Shown: one piece after another, positions 27,133 through 36,279 of the stretch
Position numbering within the stretch: the stretch's first letter is position 1
How the letters are laid out: the number at the start of each line of letters is the position of its first letter
IMG/VR virus record: IMGVR_UViG_3300002461_000036
Location: 1 to 41,744 of that record
Strand: one strand, 5' to 3'
DNA length: 41,744 nucleotides
Origin: a virus
Translations under genes and position numbers: made by a program
Notes under the pieces: model-generated
The model's input: the letters and a program-made list of their open reading frames with translations, nothing else
Told to the model about the DNA's origin: nothing
Database searches by the model: none

Positions 27133-29508
27133 TTAAACGACGACTGCTTTGACGGCCATGCTTGGCCCTGCCTCGGCTACTGCCGGGAAGGGTACATGGC
27201 TGATGTTGTAGCCCAACTGCTCGGACATGTAGCGCGGAGCATCTTCCATGATGGCCTTGACCGCCAGGGCAATTTCCCGCTTGTAGTCATTGTGGAGGTC
27301 GAGGTAGAGGGCGTCATGCACGTTGTTCACGATGAACACATGCTTGAGGAATGCCGGGTGGTGGATTAACCAGCGCATTACGCGACCGGCGCTGAGGGTC
27401 ATCAGGTAGCCCGACTCACCCTGGCACCAGTAGTTAGCGATCTGCGTAGCCTTGAAGTCCATTTCGCGGCGGCGTGTTTCTGCGTTCCACTGCTCGAACT
27501 GGCGGAAGCTGTAGCACGTACCACCATCGGCCTGGTAGTAGCCGCGACGGTACGTGCGGTAGACACCGGCGTCGTCCATTTCTCGCTGTAAGCCGCCCGG
27601 TAGCGCCGAGGTGCGCACTACTTCGCCGCGCACTACTTCGCGGAAGGCAATAGCGCGAGGGAACAGACGGGCCTCGGTGGCCAGGAACTCCTCGGCGTAT
27701 TCGACAGTCACACCAGTGGCGAAGGCGATACCCGCAGCCGACGCGCCGTACTGGGCGGCGAAGCTCGGCGGCTTGATTTCGGTACGCTGGCGCTTGATGC
27801 TGTTGTGCTCGGAGTGCTTCTTGTCAGCGACGATGCCGAGGATTTCCTCGTAGGGGCGCTTGAGCTTGGCAGCCAGGCGCAGACAGTGCATGTCCGTACC
27901 ATTCTGCAAGTGCTTGAGCAGCGCCTCATCACCGGACAGCGCCGCGAGCATCACGACTTCCAACGCGGTGTAGTCCACCTCAAGGATCGAACCGTCCGCC
28001 CCGAATCGGGACGTGAACATTTCCTTGACCTTGGACGATGCAACACCCTCGTCGTCCTTGTCACCACGCGGCAGGTTCTGGAGGTTCGGCTTGCTGCTGG
28101 ACAAGCGCCCAGTGACCGTGGCCGCTACGTTCAAGTCGTGATGGATGATCCCATCCGGCCCTACGTATTGCAGCATGCCCTTGGTCTTCTTGACCGAGCC
28201 GTCCTTGTTATATTCATAGCTGATGTAATACGTGCCGTTGTCTTTCTCCAACTGCGCGAGACGGTGGAGCAACTTGCCGGCTGCGAAGCCATGCACGCTC
28301 AGGGCCTCAAGCACTTCCTTACCGGTGCTGTAGACCGGCGTGCCGCAGGGCAGGAAGCGCTTACCAACGTACTCGCCATTGCGCCGGGCATTAGGGTCGA
28401 AGGCGAACTTGTCCGCCAGCACCTTGGGCATGGCCTTGATCGGCAGCAGGCCGGTGAAGCGGAACGTAGTGTCCTCCCACTTGGTCTGCGGCGTGGTGGT
28501 CACGACCTTGTGTACCTTCGGCTGGCCCTTGTTCTTACCTGCCGAGTAGCGGTCGATGTTGCCGTGCTCCTGCACGTAGGCGCTGGCGTCCTCATCAGTG
28601 ATGTGCTCGATGTGGGCGTAGAAGTCCTTGCCGAAGCGGTAGCAGTCGGCCTTCTCGTACATGATGTTGCCATCGGCATCGGTGCGCGGCACACGCTGCT
28701 GATACTTCACCTCGCCGCCGAACAGCAGGGCTGATACGTGGAAGTCTGAACCCCAGTTGAACTCGAAGTGCTCTGGCAACTCGGGCAGCAGCTTCTTGAC
28801 CTCGGCAGAGATAGCAGCCAGCTCAGCCTCCTGCTCACGCAGGTTGGCATGGGCCACTTGCTGATCGACATAGAGGCCAGCCGCCTCGCAGAATGCGAAG
28901 CAGACCATACCCTCGCAGCGCTCAAGGAACATGCGCCACATGCCCATCTTGACCATGTATTCCATCTGGCCGTAGAAGCAGCGGGCAGTGTTGTCGATGT
29001 CACCGGATGGGCCGCAGAGGTACTCGTGCAGTAGGGCCGGGTCAATGTCAGCGGTGAGCACACCGCGCTCCCACTCCATCTTCACGGCGTCGATCTTGGC
29101 GGTGCCGCCATACTTCGGGGCAGTCTCACCAAGCGCGGGGTACGTCACCTGCTGGTGCGTCACCAGATACTCGCCCAACTGGGTGCAGAGCACGCGGCCA
29201 CCCCGCTTGAGGAAGGGCAGAAACTCACGCTGGTAGTGCGTGATGAACCAGCTCAGCTCATACATGGCGTTGTGGCAGACGAGGATGTCCACGCCGTCGA
29301 GGTTGAACCAGTCGGAGCGCTCAGCATCGCGGTCGGCTACCCACTCGGCGTAGCTGTTGAAGCGGCGGGACTGCACCGGGCCTGGCTGGGCGTCTTGGTC
29401 GTCGCGCCAGCCCGCCTCGACAACGTAGTTGTCCGGGCAATGCGGCGATGCCACTGCGCCGAGATACGGATGGTTCTGTGTTTCGAGGTCGAGGATACGC
29501 ACCCTCAT
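27133..29508 (-). CDS. Family A DNA polymerase with 3'-5' exonuclease domain (T7 gp5-like)
   Basis: 791 aa. 'ILDLETQN' (ExoI), 'DYTALEVVMLAAL' (motif A), 'IKPPSFAAQYGAS' (motif B) and 'VNNVHDALYLD' (motif C). GGAGG RBS. Confidence 0.95.
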   Translation of the reverse strand: MRVRILDLETQNHPYLGAVASPHCPDNYVVEAGWRDDQDAQPGPVQSRRFNSYAEWVADRDAERSDWFNLDGVDILVCHNAMYELSWFITHYQREFLPFLKRGGRVLCTQLGEYLVTHQQVTYPALGETAPKYGGTAKIDAVKMEWERGVLTADIDPALLHEYLCGPSGDIDNTARCFYGQMEYMVKMGMWRMFLERCEGMVCFAFCEAAGLYVDQQVAHANLREQEAELAAISAEVKKLLPELPEHFEFNWGSDFHVSALLFGGEVKYQQRVPRTDADGNIMYEKADCYRFGKDFYAHIEHITDEDASAYVQEHGNIDRYSAGKNKGQPKVHKVVTTTPQTKWEDTTFRFTGLLPIKAMPKVLADKFAFDPNARRNGEYVGKRFLPCGTPVYSTGKEVLEALSVHGFAAGKLLHRLAQLEKDNGTYYISYEYNKDGSVKKTKGMLQYVGPDGIIHHDLNVAATVTGRLSSSKPNLQNLPRGDKDDEGVASSKVKEMFTSRFGADGSILEVDYTALEVVMLAALSGDEALLKHLQNGTDMHCLRLAAKLKRPYEEILGIVADKKHSEHNSIKRQRTEIKPPSFAAQYGASAAGIAFATGVTVEYAEEFLATEARLFPRAIAFREVVRGEVVRTSALPGGLQREMDDAGVYRTYRRGYYQADGGTCYSFRQFEQWNAETRRREMDFKATQIANYWCQGESGYLMTLSAGRVMRWLIHHPAFLKHVFIVNNVHDALYLDLHNDYKREIALAVKAIMEDAPRYMSEQLGYNISHVPFPAVAEAGPSMAVKAVVV

Positions 29509-29990
29509 AGCTTATCCTCCGGTGGGTATACTAAGCGACATTCCCGACTAGCCTCATCAGATGCAAGGCCACGTTGTGCGCATAAACCTACGCAGTTGCA
29601 CTTACCCTGCGGACGCGCATGGTCATACTCCTTGCTGGCCGGTACGGCAGGCGGCGCAGTTATTTCGCAAATACGGGGCAGGTTCTGTGCCATATCGTCC
29701 GGAGCGGCAATTGCGCCGCACACCGCCCAGCCATGCACCTCGTTAATGATCCCGCGCAGCCGCTCATTATCGGCGCGGAGCTGGTCGCGTTCCTGCTCGA
29801 CCTGCACGCGCAGCTCGTGAGGTGACGGCTTGTCTGTGTACTGAACTGTGATCACCGCCGTCGTTGGCGTACTGCCTTCAATAGTTACCGTGTAGTGATC
29901 TTCAATGTAGTTTTTTGCTCCCCGATCAATGAGGCACCGCGTCAAGTCGGTAACTACCTGCTGTGTCACCCGGAAGTGGACTTCGCTCAT
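29505..29990 (-). CDS. Hypothetical protein (161 aa)
   Basis: ATG follows GGAGGA. ATGA overlaps at both ends. Confidence 0.6.
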   Translation of the reverse strand: MSEVHFRVTQQVVTDLTRCLIDRGAKNYIEDHYTVTIEGSTPTTAVITVQYTDKPSPHELRVQVEQERDQLRADNERLRGIINEVHGWAVCGAIAAPDDMAQNLPRICEITAPPAVPASKEYDHARPQGKCNCVGLCAQRGLASDEASRECRLVYPPEDKL

Positions 29991-30217
29991 GGCAGCTGTC
30001 CTCCCGGCTTGGTCCACCACAGCGTTACGCAGGGCAGCAGGTTGATGCACCACCGCTTATGCCCTGGGCTGTAGTGCGCACCCAACCAAAGGGCGCTAGG
30101 GTTGACTAGCAGACCAAAGAATGAGGTTGGTCCAGTAGGGTTATTGATAGGCCCCTTGCGTCTAGGCACGCGACGAAGCGCACCCCTGTACCAGAAGCAC
30201 TCTATTAAACGCTTCAT
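29987..30217 (-). CDS. Hypothetical protein (76 aa)
   Basis: ATGA coupling to the upstream gene. Trp- and basic-rich. Confidence 0.45.
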   Translation of the reverse strand: MKRLIECFWYRGALRRVPRRKGPINNPTGPTSFFGLLVNPSALWLGAHYSPGHKRWCINLLPCVTLWWTKPGGQLP

Positions 30218-30426
30218 ATATCGTACCCCTGTAGTGCGCGGTGGGCCAGGCTCACGGCGACGTTCTTATTGCGCACAGTCCTGTACGTGCTAAGGCATGC
30301 TCGGGTTGGGCTTAGCCGCGACACAACAACAGCGTAACCCAGCCGGTATGTATGCACACCCGCAATGGTCCAACCCTGCGCCCCGTGTAGGAACGGCGTC
30401 CCGTCCTCACCAACGACTAACCGCAT
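30214..30426 (-). CDS. Hypothetical protein (70 aa)
   Basis: Internal ATG 8 nt after GAGG. It overlaps the stop of the 58-aa ORF. The longer 115-aa ORF in the track is probably an over-extension. Confidence 0.45.
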   Translation of the reverse strand: MRLVVGEDGTPFLHGAQGWTIAGVHTYRLGYAVVVSRLSPTRACLSTYRTVRNKNVAVSLAHRALQGYDI

Positions 30427-30593
30427 ACCGGTGCCCTCGGTGGCCAGTGCCACCCGAAGCCGATGCTCACGCGCCCGGCGTTGATGCACTGCACCTGCGT
30501 CCAGCGGTCCATACGCGGACGGCGCCAGGGCAGGTGTGGATTCCAGAACAGCGCGACCCACCCAACAGGGTGGTCAAGTACGTAGGATTTCAT
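30417..30593 (-). CDS. Hypothetical protein (58 aa), below the ORF-track size cut-off
   Basis: ATGA overlap with the upstream 92-aa gene. Roughly three-quarters of third codon positions are G/C by hand count. Sequence: MKSYVLDHPVGWVALFWNPHLPWRRPRMDRWTQVQCINAGRVSIGFGWHWPPRAPVCG. Confidence 0.5.
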   Translation of the reverse strand: MKSYVLDHPVGWVALFWNPHLPWRRPRMDRWTQVQCINAGRVSIGFGWHWPPRAPVCG

Positions 30594-30871
30594 CAGAGCA
30601 CCTCGTGGCGGTAGCCGTTGAACAATTCGCGGATGGCGGCGTCATAGGGCATGCCCGTCGGTTTGAGGAACAGGTTGTGACCCTCACCAAAGAATACCTC
30701 ATAGCGATATCGCATGACGTTACACTTAATGGGCGCGGAGGTATTATGCGTGATGGGCTGGGTCATGGGTAACTCTGCCAACTCATAGTCTTGACGACTA
30801 TCGCGGAGTTTAATGCGCCGCCCATTTGCAACACCGCCGATTAAGACACCGACGAATACTTGGCCGCTCAT
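30593..30871 (-). CDS. Hypothetical protein (92 aa)
   Basis: ATGA overlap with the ligase stop. Confidence 0.55.
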   Translation of the reverse strand: MSGQVFVGVLIGGVANGRRIKLRDSRQDYELAELPMTQPITHNTSAPIKCNVMRYRYEVFFGEGHNLFLKPTGMPYDAAIRELFNGYRHEVL

Positions 30872-31887
30872 GCCTTCACCCCTGGTGCGTAATCCATATC
30901 GCGGAAGCGCACAAAGCGCGGGTGCCGCAGGCTGCCCTTGCTGGTCTTCTCCATAGCATGTACCTCAGCGTATCGCCCACGAGCGAACCCATCTTCGGGC
31001 GCATAGCCACCGCCTTCGAGTTGCGCGTGGTAGCTCGTCGTGTACTCCGTGATCTGCGCCTGCGTCAGCCCGGTGGCGTTGACCTCGGTGCCGTCCTCCA
31101 GCGCTACGCGAAAGCCCACGATCTTACCTGCATTGGCCTTGCCGTGCTCGCCCCACACATAGCCGACGATCTTGCCGTCACCTTCCCAGCCCGGTGCGAA
31201 GTCAGCACCGCATCCAGGCTTGAGCTTCCACATGCCGCTGACCTTACCATTGCGCACGGATAGCTTAGGGTCTTTGACGATCAGGCCCTCGTAGCCCAGG
31301 CTGCGCGCTACCTTGTAGGTCTCGATCAGCTTGTCGATGCTCTCGACACGGGCCACGGACTCGCAGACGATAGGCGCACCACCAGCCAAGCCAGTGCCGA
31401 AGGGGCGCGGGAAGCGGGACACGATAGCGGTATGCCGCAGCTCAAAGGCTGGGGTCACGAAGTCGGTGGGGGCGGTGCCTTCCAGCACAGAGAACGGTAG
31501 CAGGTCCAGCACTACGAACTGCGGGCGCTTATCGCCATTGAGGTCAAGCGCTTCGGCGCGGCGCAGCAGGCCGCTGGTTTCCTCGAAGGGTACGCCAGGC
31601 AACCATACCTCGGTGTCGAGTACGAGGCGCTTGTCCAGGCGCCAGGTGTTCTCCCAGTGCTGCTCGAAGTAGCTGCGGCAGTTCGCCAGGGCCAGGAACT
31701 CAATACCCTCCCGGGTCGTGAAGGCAATGCGACCGTCACGCCAGAAGACATGGCAGCGCAGGCCATCGACCTTGATACCGGCCATGATGTAGCCGTACTT
31801 GTCGAGCAGCTTCTGAATGGCCTTCTCGTTGTAGTTCACTGCGCGGTGGCAGTCCGGGTTGGCGATGCGTTCTTTGACTGTGCTCAT
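30868..31887 (-). CDS. ATP-dependent DNA ligase
   Basis: 339 aa from the ATG at 31887, 5 nt after GGAG. Adenylation motif I 'GIKVDGLR' (KxDG). Confidence 0.9.
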   Translation of the reverse strand: MSTVKERIANPDCHRAVNYNEKAIQKLLDKYGYIMAGIKVDGLRCHVFWRDGRIAFTTREGIEFLALANCRSYFEQHWENTWRLDKRLVLDTEVWLPGVPFEETSGLLRRAEALDLNGDKRPQFVVLDLLPFSVLEGTAPTDFVTPAFELRHTAIVSRFPRPFGTGLAGGAPIVCESVARVESIDKLIETYKVARSLGYEGLIVKDPKLSVRNGKVSGMWKLKPGCGADFAPGWEGDGKIVGYVWGEHGKANAGKIVGFRVALEDGTEVNATGLTQAQITEYTTSYHAQLEGGGYAPEDGFARGRYAEVHAMEKTSKGSLRHPRFVRFRDMDYAPGVKA

Positions 31888-31897
31888 GCGTAGCTCC

Positions 31898-32266
31898 TTA
31901 CTTAGTGCGCCATGCCAGCACGCGCTGGCGTTCGTCTTCGAGGTCTTTGTACCGGGCGTCAAGCTGCATAAGCGCAGCCTCCTGGGTATAATGATCGTAA
32001 AAGGCAACCCAGTCCTTACGGCCTCCGCGCTCCCGCCAAATACCAGGAGATACTGAGTGTAGCCGTGCGTCGATGTCCATTGGTGTAGTAAAGTGGACAA
32101 GAGTGCCGTCTGGCCTTCCGAATAAGTCACGCCAGATATTGCGGGCATAATCTACGCCCACCCTGTTATGACAGATAACGACCGCGCGACCATCCGCGCG
32201 GATATGACGCATTGCTTGGCAGAGCATCAGTGTAGTACGCCCCGAACCGCGAGCGGAATCAGTCAT
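31898..32266 (-). CDS. Hypothetical protein with a P-loop-like 'GSGRTT' motif
   Basis: 122 aa. ATGA overlap with the helicase stop. N-terminal 'ARGSGRTTLML'. Confidence 0.55.
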   Translation of the reverse strand: MTDSARGSGRTTLMLCQAMRHIRADGRAVVICHNRVGVDYARNIWRDLFGRPDGTLVHFTTPMDIDARLHSVSPGIWRERGGRKDWVAFYDHYTQEAALMQLDARYKDLEDERQRVLAWRTK

Positions 32267-33534
32267 GCGTTATCTCCTTCTCTGAATTGGCACCGGGCAG
32301 CGTCGAACTGCACCTCACCCTCAACGTGGCTGCGTTGTCCTGCCATGGCGTACTTGTTCTTTGGCGTACTCAGCCCACGCAGCACCTGCTGCCCGGCGCT
32401 ATCGAGCGCACCCATCATGATGATGATGTCGGTCGCACCCTGGATGCCGGTTTTGGAATCCTTGAGCGCAGAGTACGGTGGGAACAGCATGTTACCACCC
32501 TCGGTGCTAATCTGGCAGGTGCCGAAGTGAATGAAGTCGTGACGCACTGCCATTTCGCGCAGCTCCTGCCACTTCTGCTCAATTTCGTCGGCCTTGTTAC
32601 CGCCGTTCCCACCACCGGGCAGCTTGAAGTTCGCTGGCATGTCGGTGATCACGATACAAGGCTTCATCGCCTCGATCACCTGCTCAATCTGCGCCAGGTT
32701 TGCACCGTGCATATCCTTAATCCGCACCCGGTCCTTGCGCCCACCCATCGCAGCGGTGTACTTCGGGATCAGCACGCCCTGGTTGCTGAACTCGTACAGC
32801 TCATCGACCGTGCAGTCCAGCGCCGCTTGGTAAACACGCGGGTAGATGCGCCGGCCCTTGCCTTCGTTGTTGAGCCACAGCAGCGGGCGATCATCATCGA
32901 AGTGGTTCGGGATTTGAGCCGCACAGAACGTAGCGATCTTCGCCATGAGCGAAGTCTTGCCCTTGTCCGGTCGAGCAGCCACTGCTACCGACGCGCCACC
33001 GAGCAGGCCCTTAATTGACTGGCTCAGCAGCAGGGTAGGCAGCTTGATACCGTGGTCGCCAGCTTCGTCGTTGAGGATGTCTACGATGTCCTCGTCAATC
33101 CAGTCGGTAGGCGCGGATTGTTGCAACCGTTGCTTGGCATCCTGCGCGAGCTTCGATAGCTCATAGGTCAGGTTGATGTCTTCGCCCGCCTGAAAGCGTG
33201 CGACCAAGGCAGCAGTACGGCCCGACAGGTCCAGCTCCATGAGCTGTCCCACCACGCCGTTGACTGTTGATTCTTCGATGGGCCGACGCAGTTGGTTGAC
33301 CAGCCCCTTGACCAGTGCCATCTGCTCGGACGTGTAGGAGGAACCGCGCAGCTTGATCAACGTGTCCAGGGCGTCGAGGTCGATGCGCTGGTGCCCGCTG
33401 TACTGATCGTAGTACAGGCGGAACCAGTCCAGCATCAACCCCGCCTCCTGCCCGATCATTTCACGCGGGACGGCCTGCACCAGCAACCGGTATTTGTCCC
33501 GGTCACGTAGCGCCTGTAACAGCGGAACTTCCAT
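32263..33534 (-). CDS. DnaB-like replicative DNA helicase (T7 gp4 helicase-domain-like)
   Basis: ATG at 33534, 4 nt after GAGGAA. Walker A 'ARPDKGKTSLM' and Walker B-like 'CIVITDM'. Confidence 0.9.
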   Translation of the reverse strand: MEVPLLQALRDRDKYRLLVQAVPREMIGQEAGLMLDWFRLYYDQYSGHQRIDLDALDTLIKLRGSSYTSEQMALVKGLVNQLRRPIEESTVNGVVGQLMELDLSGRTAALVARFQAGEDINLTYELSKLAQDAKQRLQQSAPTDWIDEDIVDILNDEAGDHGIKLPTLLLSQSIKGLLGGASVAVAARPDKGKTSLMAKIATFCAAQIPNHFDDDRPLLWLNNEGKGRRIYPRVYQAALDCTVDELYEFSNQGVLIPKYTAAMGGRKDRVRIKDMHGANLAQIEQVIEAMKPCIVITDMPANFKLPGGGNGGNKADEIEQKWQELREMAVRHDFIHFGTCQISTEGGNMLFPPYSALKDSKTGIQGATDIIIMMGALDSAGQQVLRGLSTPKNKYAMAGQRSHVEGEVQFDAARCQFREGDNA

Positions 33535-34333
33535 AGATTTCCTCACAGATTGAGCGCAGTGCTGCGCGGTCTAAGTCCTTCGGATCGTACCCTCGCGGGC
33601 ACTGTAGAACACGCACGGGAAGGCCCATACCACGCGCTCTACGGGCGATTCGCTCGACACCCTTATCACCGCCCAGGTCGCCGTCAAGCATCAACCATAG
33701 GCCCGTACAGCCATGCTCAAGGAGGTCGGCAAGGTGCTTGTCCCTGAGCGTGGTGCCGAGGGCAGCGTGGGCAGTGATGCCGGGTTTATCGCGCAACGCC
33801 CAGCGAACCTTGAGGGCGCTGAGATAATCCTCAGTGACAACCACGGCCTCAGCTCTAACAATCGGTCCCGGCGCTGCTGCATATGCAGGAGCTGGGTAGC
33901 CGTAGCCAGCCCACTTCGGTAGTTGATTTCTCGTAGCACGGCCCAGCCAGCCAAGGCGGGAACCCAGCAGCAATCGGCCTTGTTTACGAGAATACCAGAT
34001 GGGTACGCCCGCAAGATGTACTTGCAGATCAACTCCTTTTGTAAGGAGTAGTTTGAACAGTGTCTCTTGCTCATACAGCGGCCACTCGGTTAGCGGCTTA
34101 GCGTCATCGGGCCAGGGCATGAATGCCTTCTGATCAGGTATACGGCCAAGCACGGCATGCGTTTTAATCTGGACACCACCCTGGTTACAGCGGTGGCACC
34201 AGGCCGTCCAGCGGTCAGGTAGATTCTTGACTGTCAGCGCGGCGGTCGTTTCGGTGCGGTGTCGCACGCGAGCAGACTGGCCAACCGCGAGACGCTGCGC
34301 ATGGTGCAGCCACTCGGCAGTTGGCAGGGCCAT
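33503..34333 (-). CDS. DNA primase (zinc-binding plus TOPRIM)
   Basis: 276 aa. 'CHRC'. TOPRIM motifs 'VVVTEDYLSALK' and 'LMLDGDLGGDKG'. Confidence 0.85.
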   Translation of the reverse strand: MALPTAEWLHHAQRLAVGQSARVRHRTETTAALTVKNLPDRWTAWCHRCNQGGVQIKTHAVLGRIPDQKAFMPWPDDAKPLTEWPLYEQETLFKLLLTKGVDLQVHLAGVPIWYSRKQGRLLLGSRLGWLGRATRNQLPKWAGYGYPAPAYAAAPGPIVRAEAVVVTEDYLSALKVRWALRDKPGITAHAALGTTLRDKHLADLLEHGCTGLWLMLDGDLGGDKGVERIARRARGMGLPVRVLQCPRGYDPKDLDRAALRSICEEIYGSSAVTGAT

Positions 34334-34755
34334 TACAGGACAGCCATAGTCAGGTAGATCGACAGCGCGCTGCCCAGTGCCTGTACACCGAGCACGATGC
34401 AGATGGCACGATACAGGTTCTTGCGCTTGGTCACTTCGGTCAGGCGTCCGGTGGCCCAGGCAAGGCCCTTGCGCTCCAGTTCCAGATCGTAGCGTGCTAG
34501 CCGGAGTTTGTACTCGGCCGCGCCACAGCGAGTGCTGAACTCTGTAAGCTCGGCGCGCACCCGGCGAAACTCATCACGCCGATGATTGAGCAGGGCAGTC
34601 AACGAGGCAGTACGCTCGGCAACTGCGGCCTCGATAGCAGCGTCCTGATTCTCCTGCAACGCCTTGAGTTTAGCACCCAGCGCCTCCAGGGTGCGTGCCT
34701 TGCTTTGCAGCGCAGCACGCGCCGCGCTCGCCTTGCTCAACTTCGACTTGCTCAT
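34333..34755 (-). CDS. Hypothetical coiled-coil protein with C-terminal TM anchor
   Basis: 140 aa. Ala/Leu/Glu-rich heptad-like sequence. C-terminal 'ICIVLGVQALGSALSIYLTMAVL'. Confidence 0.6.
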   Translation of the reverse strand: MSKSKLSKASAARAALQSKARTLEALGAKLKALQENQDAAIEAAVAERTASLTALLNHRRDEFRRVRAELTEFSTRCGAAEYKLRLARYDLELERKGLAWATGRLTEVTKRKNLYRAICIVLGVQALGSALSIYLTMAVL

Positions 34756-35219
34756 GTCGGTTGCTCCTGTTTTGAAGTGGGAGTGCAGCGCTGGACCAGC
34801 TCATTGTACTCATCGACCAACGCCTGATCGAGTGCCAGGCGCGGACGTGCCGAGGTACGGGATGCCAGGTAGCCGCCCAGCTCGTCGCGTCGTGCTTCGT
34901 CGTGCTGCTGACGGGTGCGTGGGGCGGGCGGCTTCAAGAAGCTAAGCACACGATCCTCTAGTCCGCTGTAGTCCATATCGAAGGGCATTGGCTGCCTCTT
35001 GATACGCGGCTTTGTATCCACCATGGGCAATGTATAGAGGAAGTCTGCTAACTGCGGGCCAGGGAAACGGTCGCGCGGCTTGGTGAACAGCACGCCACTA
35101 TCACACAAGCTACGCAGCGTGGCGCTGAGCTTCTCGGTAGCATCCTGCGCTACCTTACTGTGGTCAACCGGCTTGGGCAGCAGCTTACGCGACACGCGGG
35201 TGGCCACGAGGCGCCACAT
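34752..35219 (-). CDS. Hypothetical protein (155 aa); possibly the downstream part of a frameshifted gene
   Basis: ATG at 35219 has no SD. Its frame stays open about 145 nt further upstream. It overlaps the preceding ORF by 70 nt. Confidence 0.55.
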   Translation of the reverse strand: MWRLVATRVSRKLLPKPVDHSKVAQDATEKLSATLRSLCDSGVLFTKPRDRFPGPQLADFLYTLPMVDTKPRIKRQPMPFDMDYSGLEDRVLSFLKPPAPRTRQQHDEARRDELGGYLASRTSARPRLALDQALVDEYNELVQRCTPTSKQEQPT

Positions 35220-35494
35220 AGAGTGCTCATCGTAAAATACGGGTGACCAGAATGGTCGCTTACCAGTACCCGCGAAGATGCACGGGTACTGCGTGCGCGT
35301 CCCGCCGCGTCCACTATTGTATGCGCCCGCCCATGGGCAACAACCTGAGTGGCGCTATCCCCTGCCATCAGGATGAAACGCGCATCCTTGGGAAGCGCAG
35401 TAAGTGCGTCAGCACCTTGCCACAGATCGGGGAGGCTGATGCGCCACGCCTGCCCTTGAACCTCAACAACGTCACCTGCTTTAATTGCTTGCAT
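35150..35494 (-). CDS. Hypothetical protein (114 aa); the 3' part is probably not coding in this frame
   Basis: ATG at 35494 lies 5 nt after GAGG. The N-terminal about 60 aa look protein-like. The last 70 nt overlap the next ORF, whose frame has the higher GC3. Confidence 0.45.
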   Translation of the reverse strand: MQAIKAGDVVEVQGQAWRISLPDLWQGADALTALPKDARFILMAGDSATQVVAHGRAHTIVDAAGRARSTRASSRVLVSDHSGHPYFTMSTLCGASWPPACRVSCCPSRLTTVR

Positions 35495-35520
35495 AAACAC
35501 CTCGCATGTTAGTCCGCTAT

Positions 35521-35547
35521 AGCACACCGAGACCCGCCCGGTGTGCT
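35521..35547 (-). other. Intergenic stem-loop (9-bp stem) after the 131-aa gene; possible weak terminator or processing site
   Basis: AGCACACCG-N9-CGGTGTGCT with no U-tract. Confidence 0.4.
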
Positions 35548-35567
35548 ATCACTGCTTAACGCGCTAC

Positions 35568-35963
35568 TTAAGCGTCGGCTTGTTCTTCTTGCTCGGCCAC
35601 CGCTTCTTCGACAGGCTTGCTGACGCTGGTAACTTGGCCAGCCGACAGGACATAGACCTGGGTATCGAAGCCGCTGCCGACAGTCACCTTGATCGCCTTA
35701 CCGGTGTCGGTGTCGGACACGCCCAGCACCAGACCGCCTTCGATCACGACAGCCTTCTCGCCACGGCCCACGGTAGCGTTGACCCGATCACCGGCTTGCA
35801 CGTTGGCGACGGCTTGCAGCGCTTCGTAGTCGGCTTTCAGAGTGTTGTACTGCTCGGTGTCGGCGTTGATACGCTCGACCAGTTGGTTGATACGCTTGAG
35901 CAGCTTCTCGGTGGCGGTCAGTTTCACGGTAGCGGTCGGGGTTGCTTGGTTGGTATCGGTCAT
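35568..35963 (-). CDS. Hypothetical protein (131 aa) with an acidic C-terminus
   Basis: ATG 7 nt after GGAG. The gene is followed by a stem-loop. Confidence 0.65.
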   Translation of the reverse strand: MTDTNQATPTATVKLTATEKLLKRINQLVERINADTEQYNTLKADYEALQAVANVQAGDRVNATVGRGEKAVVIEGGLVLGVSDTDTGKAIKVTVGSGFDTQVYVLSAGQVTSVSKPVEEAVAEQEEQADA

Positions 35964-36042
35964 GGTGTATCTCCTTTGCTATGGTGGGTTGCTGGTGGGC
36001 TAGGCCAGCGGGTTGCCCAAGGTGAAGCGGTCTAGCTAGTGA

Positions 36043-36279
36043 TCAGAAAGCCATCAGGGCGCGCAAGCTGCGGCCATGCTTGTGACGCATGGCGCGCCAC
36101 TCCTTACGGCTGTAGCCCATGCGGTGCAGGCCGCGCTTGAGTGCTGCGCCTTCGCGGTGCTCTTTATCGGATAAGGTGCGCCCGTGTTGGTTGCTGACAC
36201 GGAAAGGTCGCCCGAACGTCTGCGGGATAGCGCAGCAGAGGGCAATCAGTGCGCGGATGCCTCGGCCAAGGTTAAGCAT
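36043..36279 (-). CDS. Hypothetical basic protein (78 aa)
   Basis: 8-nt overlap with the upstream gene. Confidence 0.45.
   Translation of the reverse strand: MLNLGRGIRALIALCCAIPQTFGRPFRVSNQHGRTLSDKEHREGAALKRGLHRMGYSRKEWRAMRHKHGRSLRALMAF

Noticed and set aside
31888-32148. N-terminal extension of the ligase ORF to 426 aa
   Set aside because: The extension overlaps the 122-aa gene in another frame and has no RBS. The ATG at 31887 has a GGAG SD and leaves a normal-length ligase with the KxDG motif near its N-terminus.
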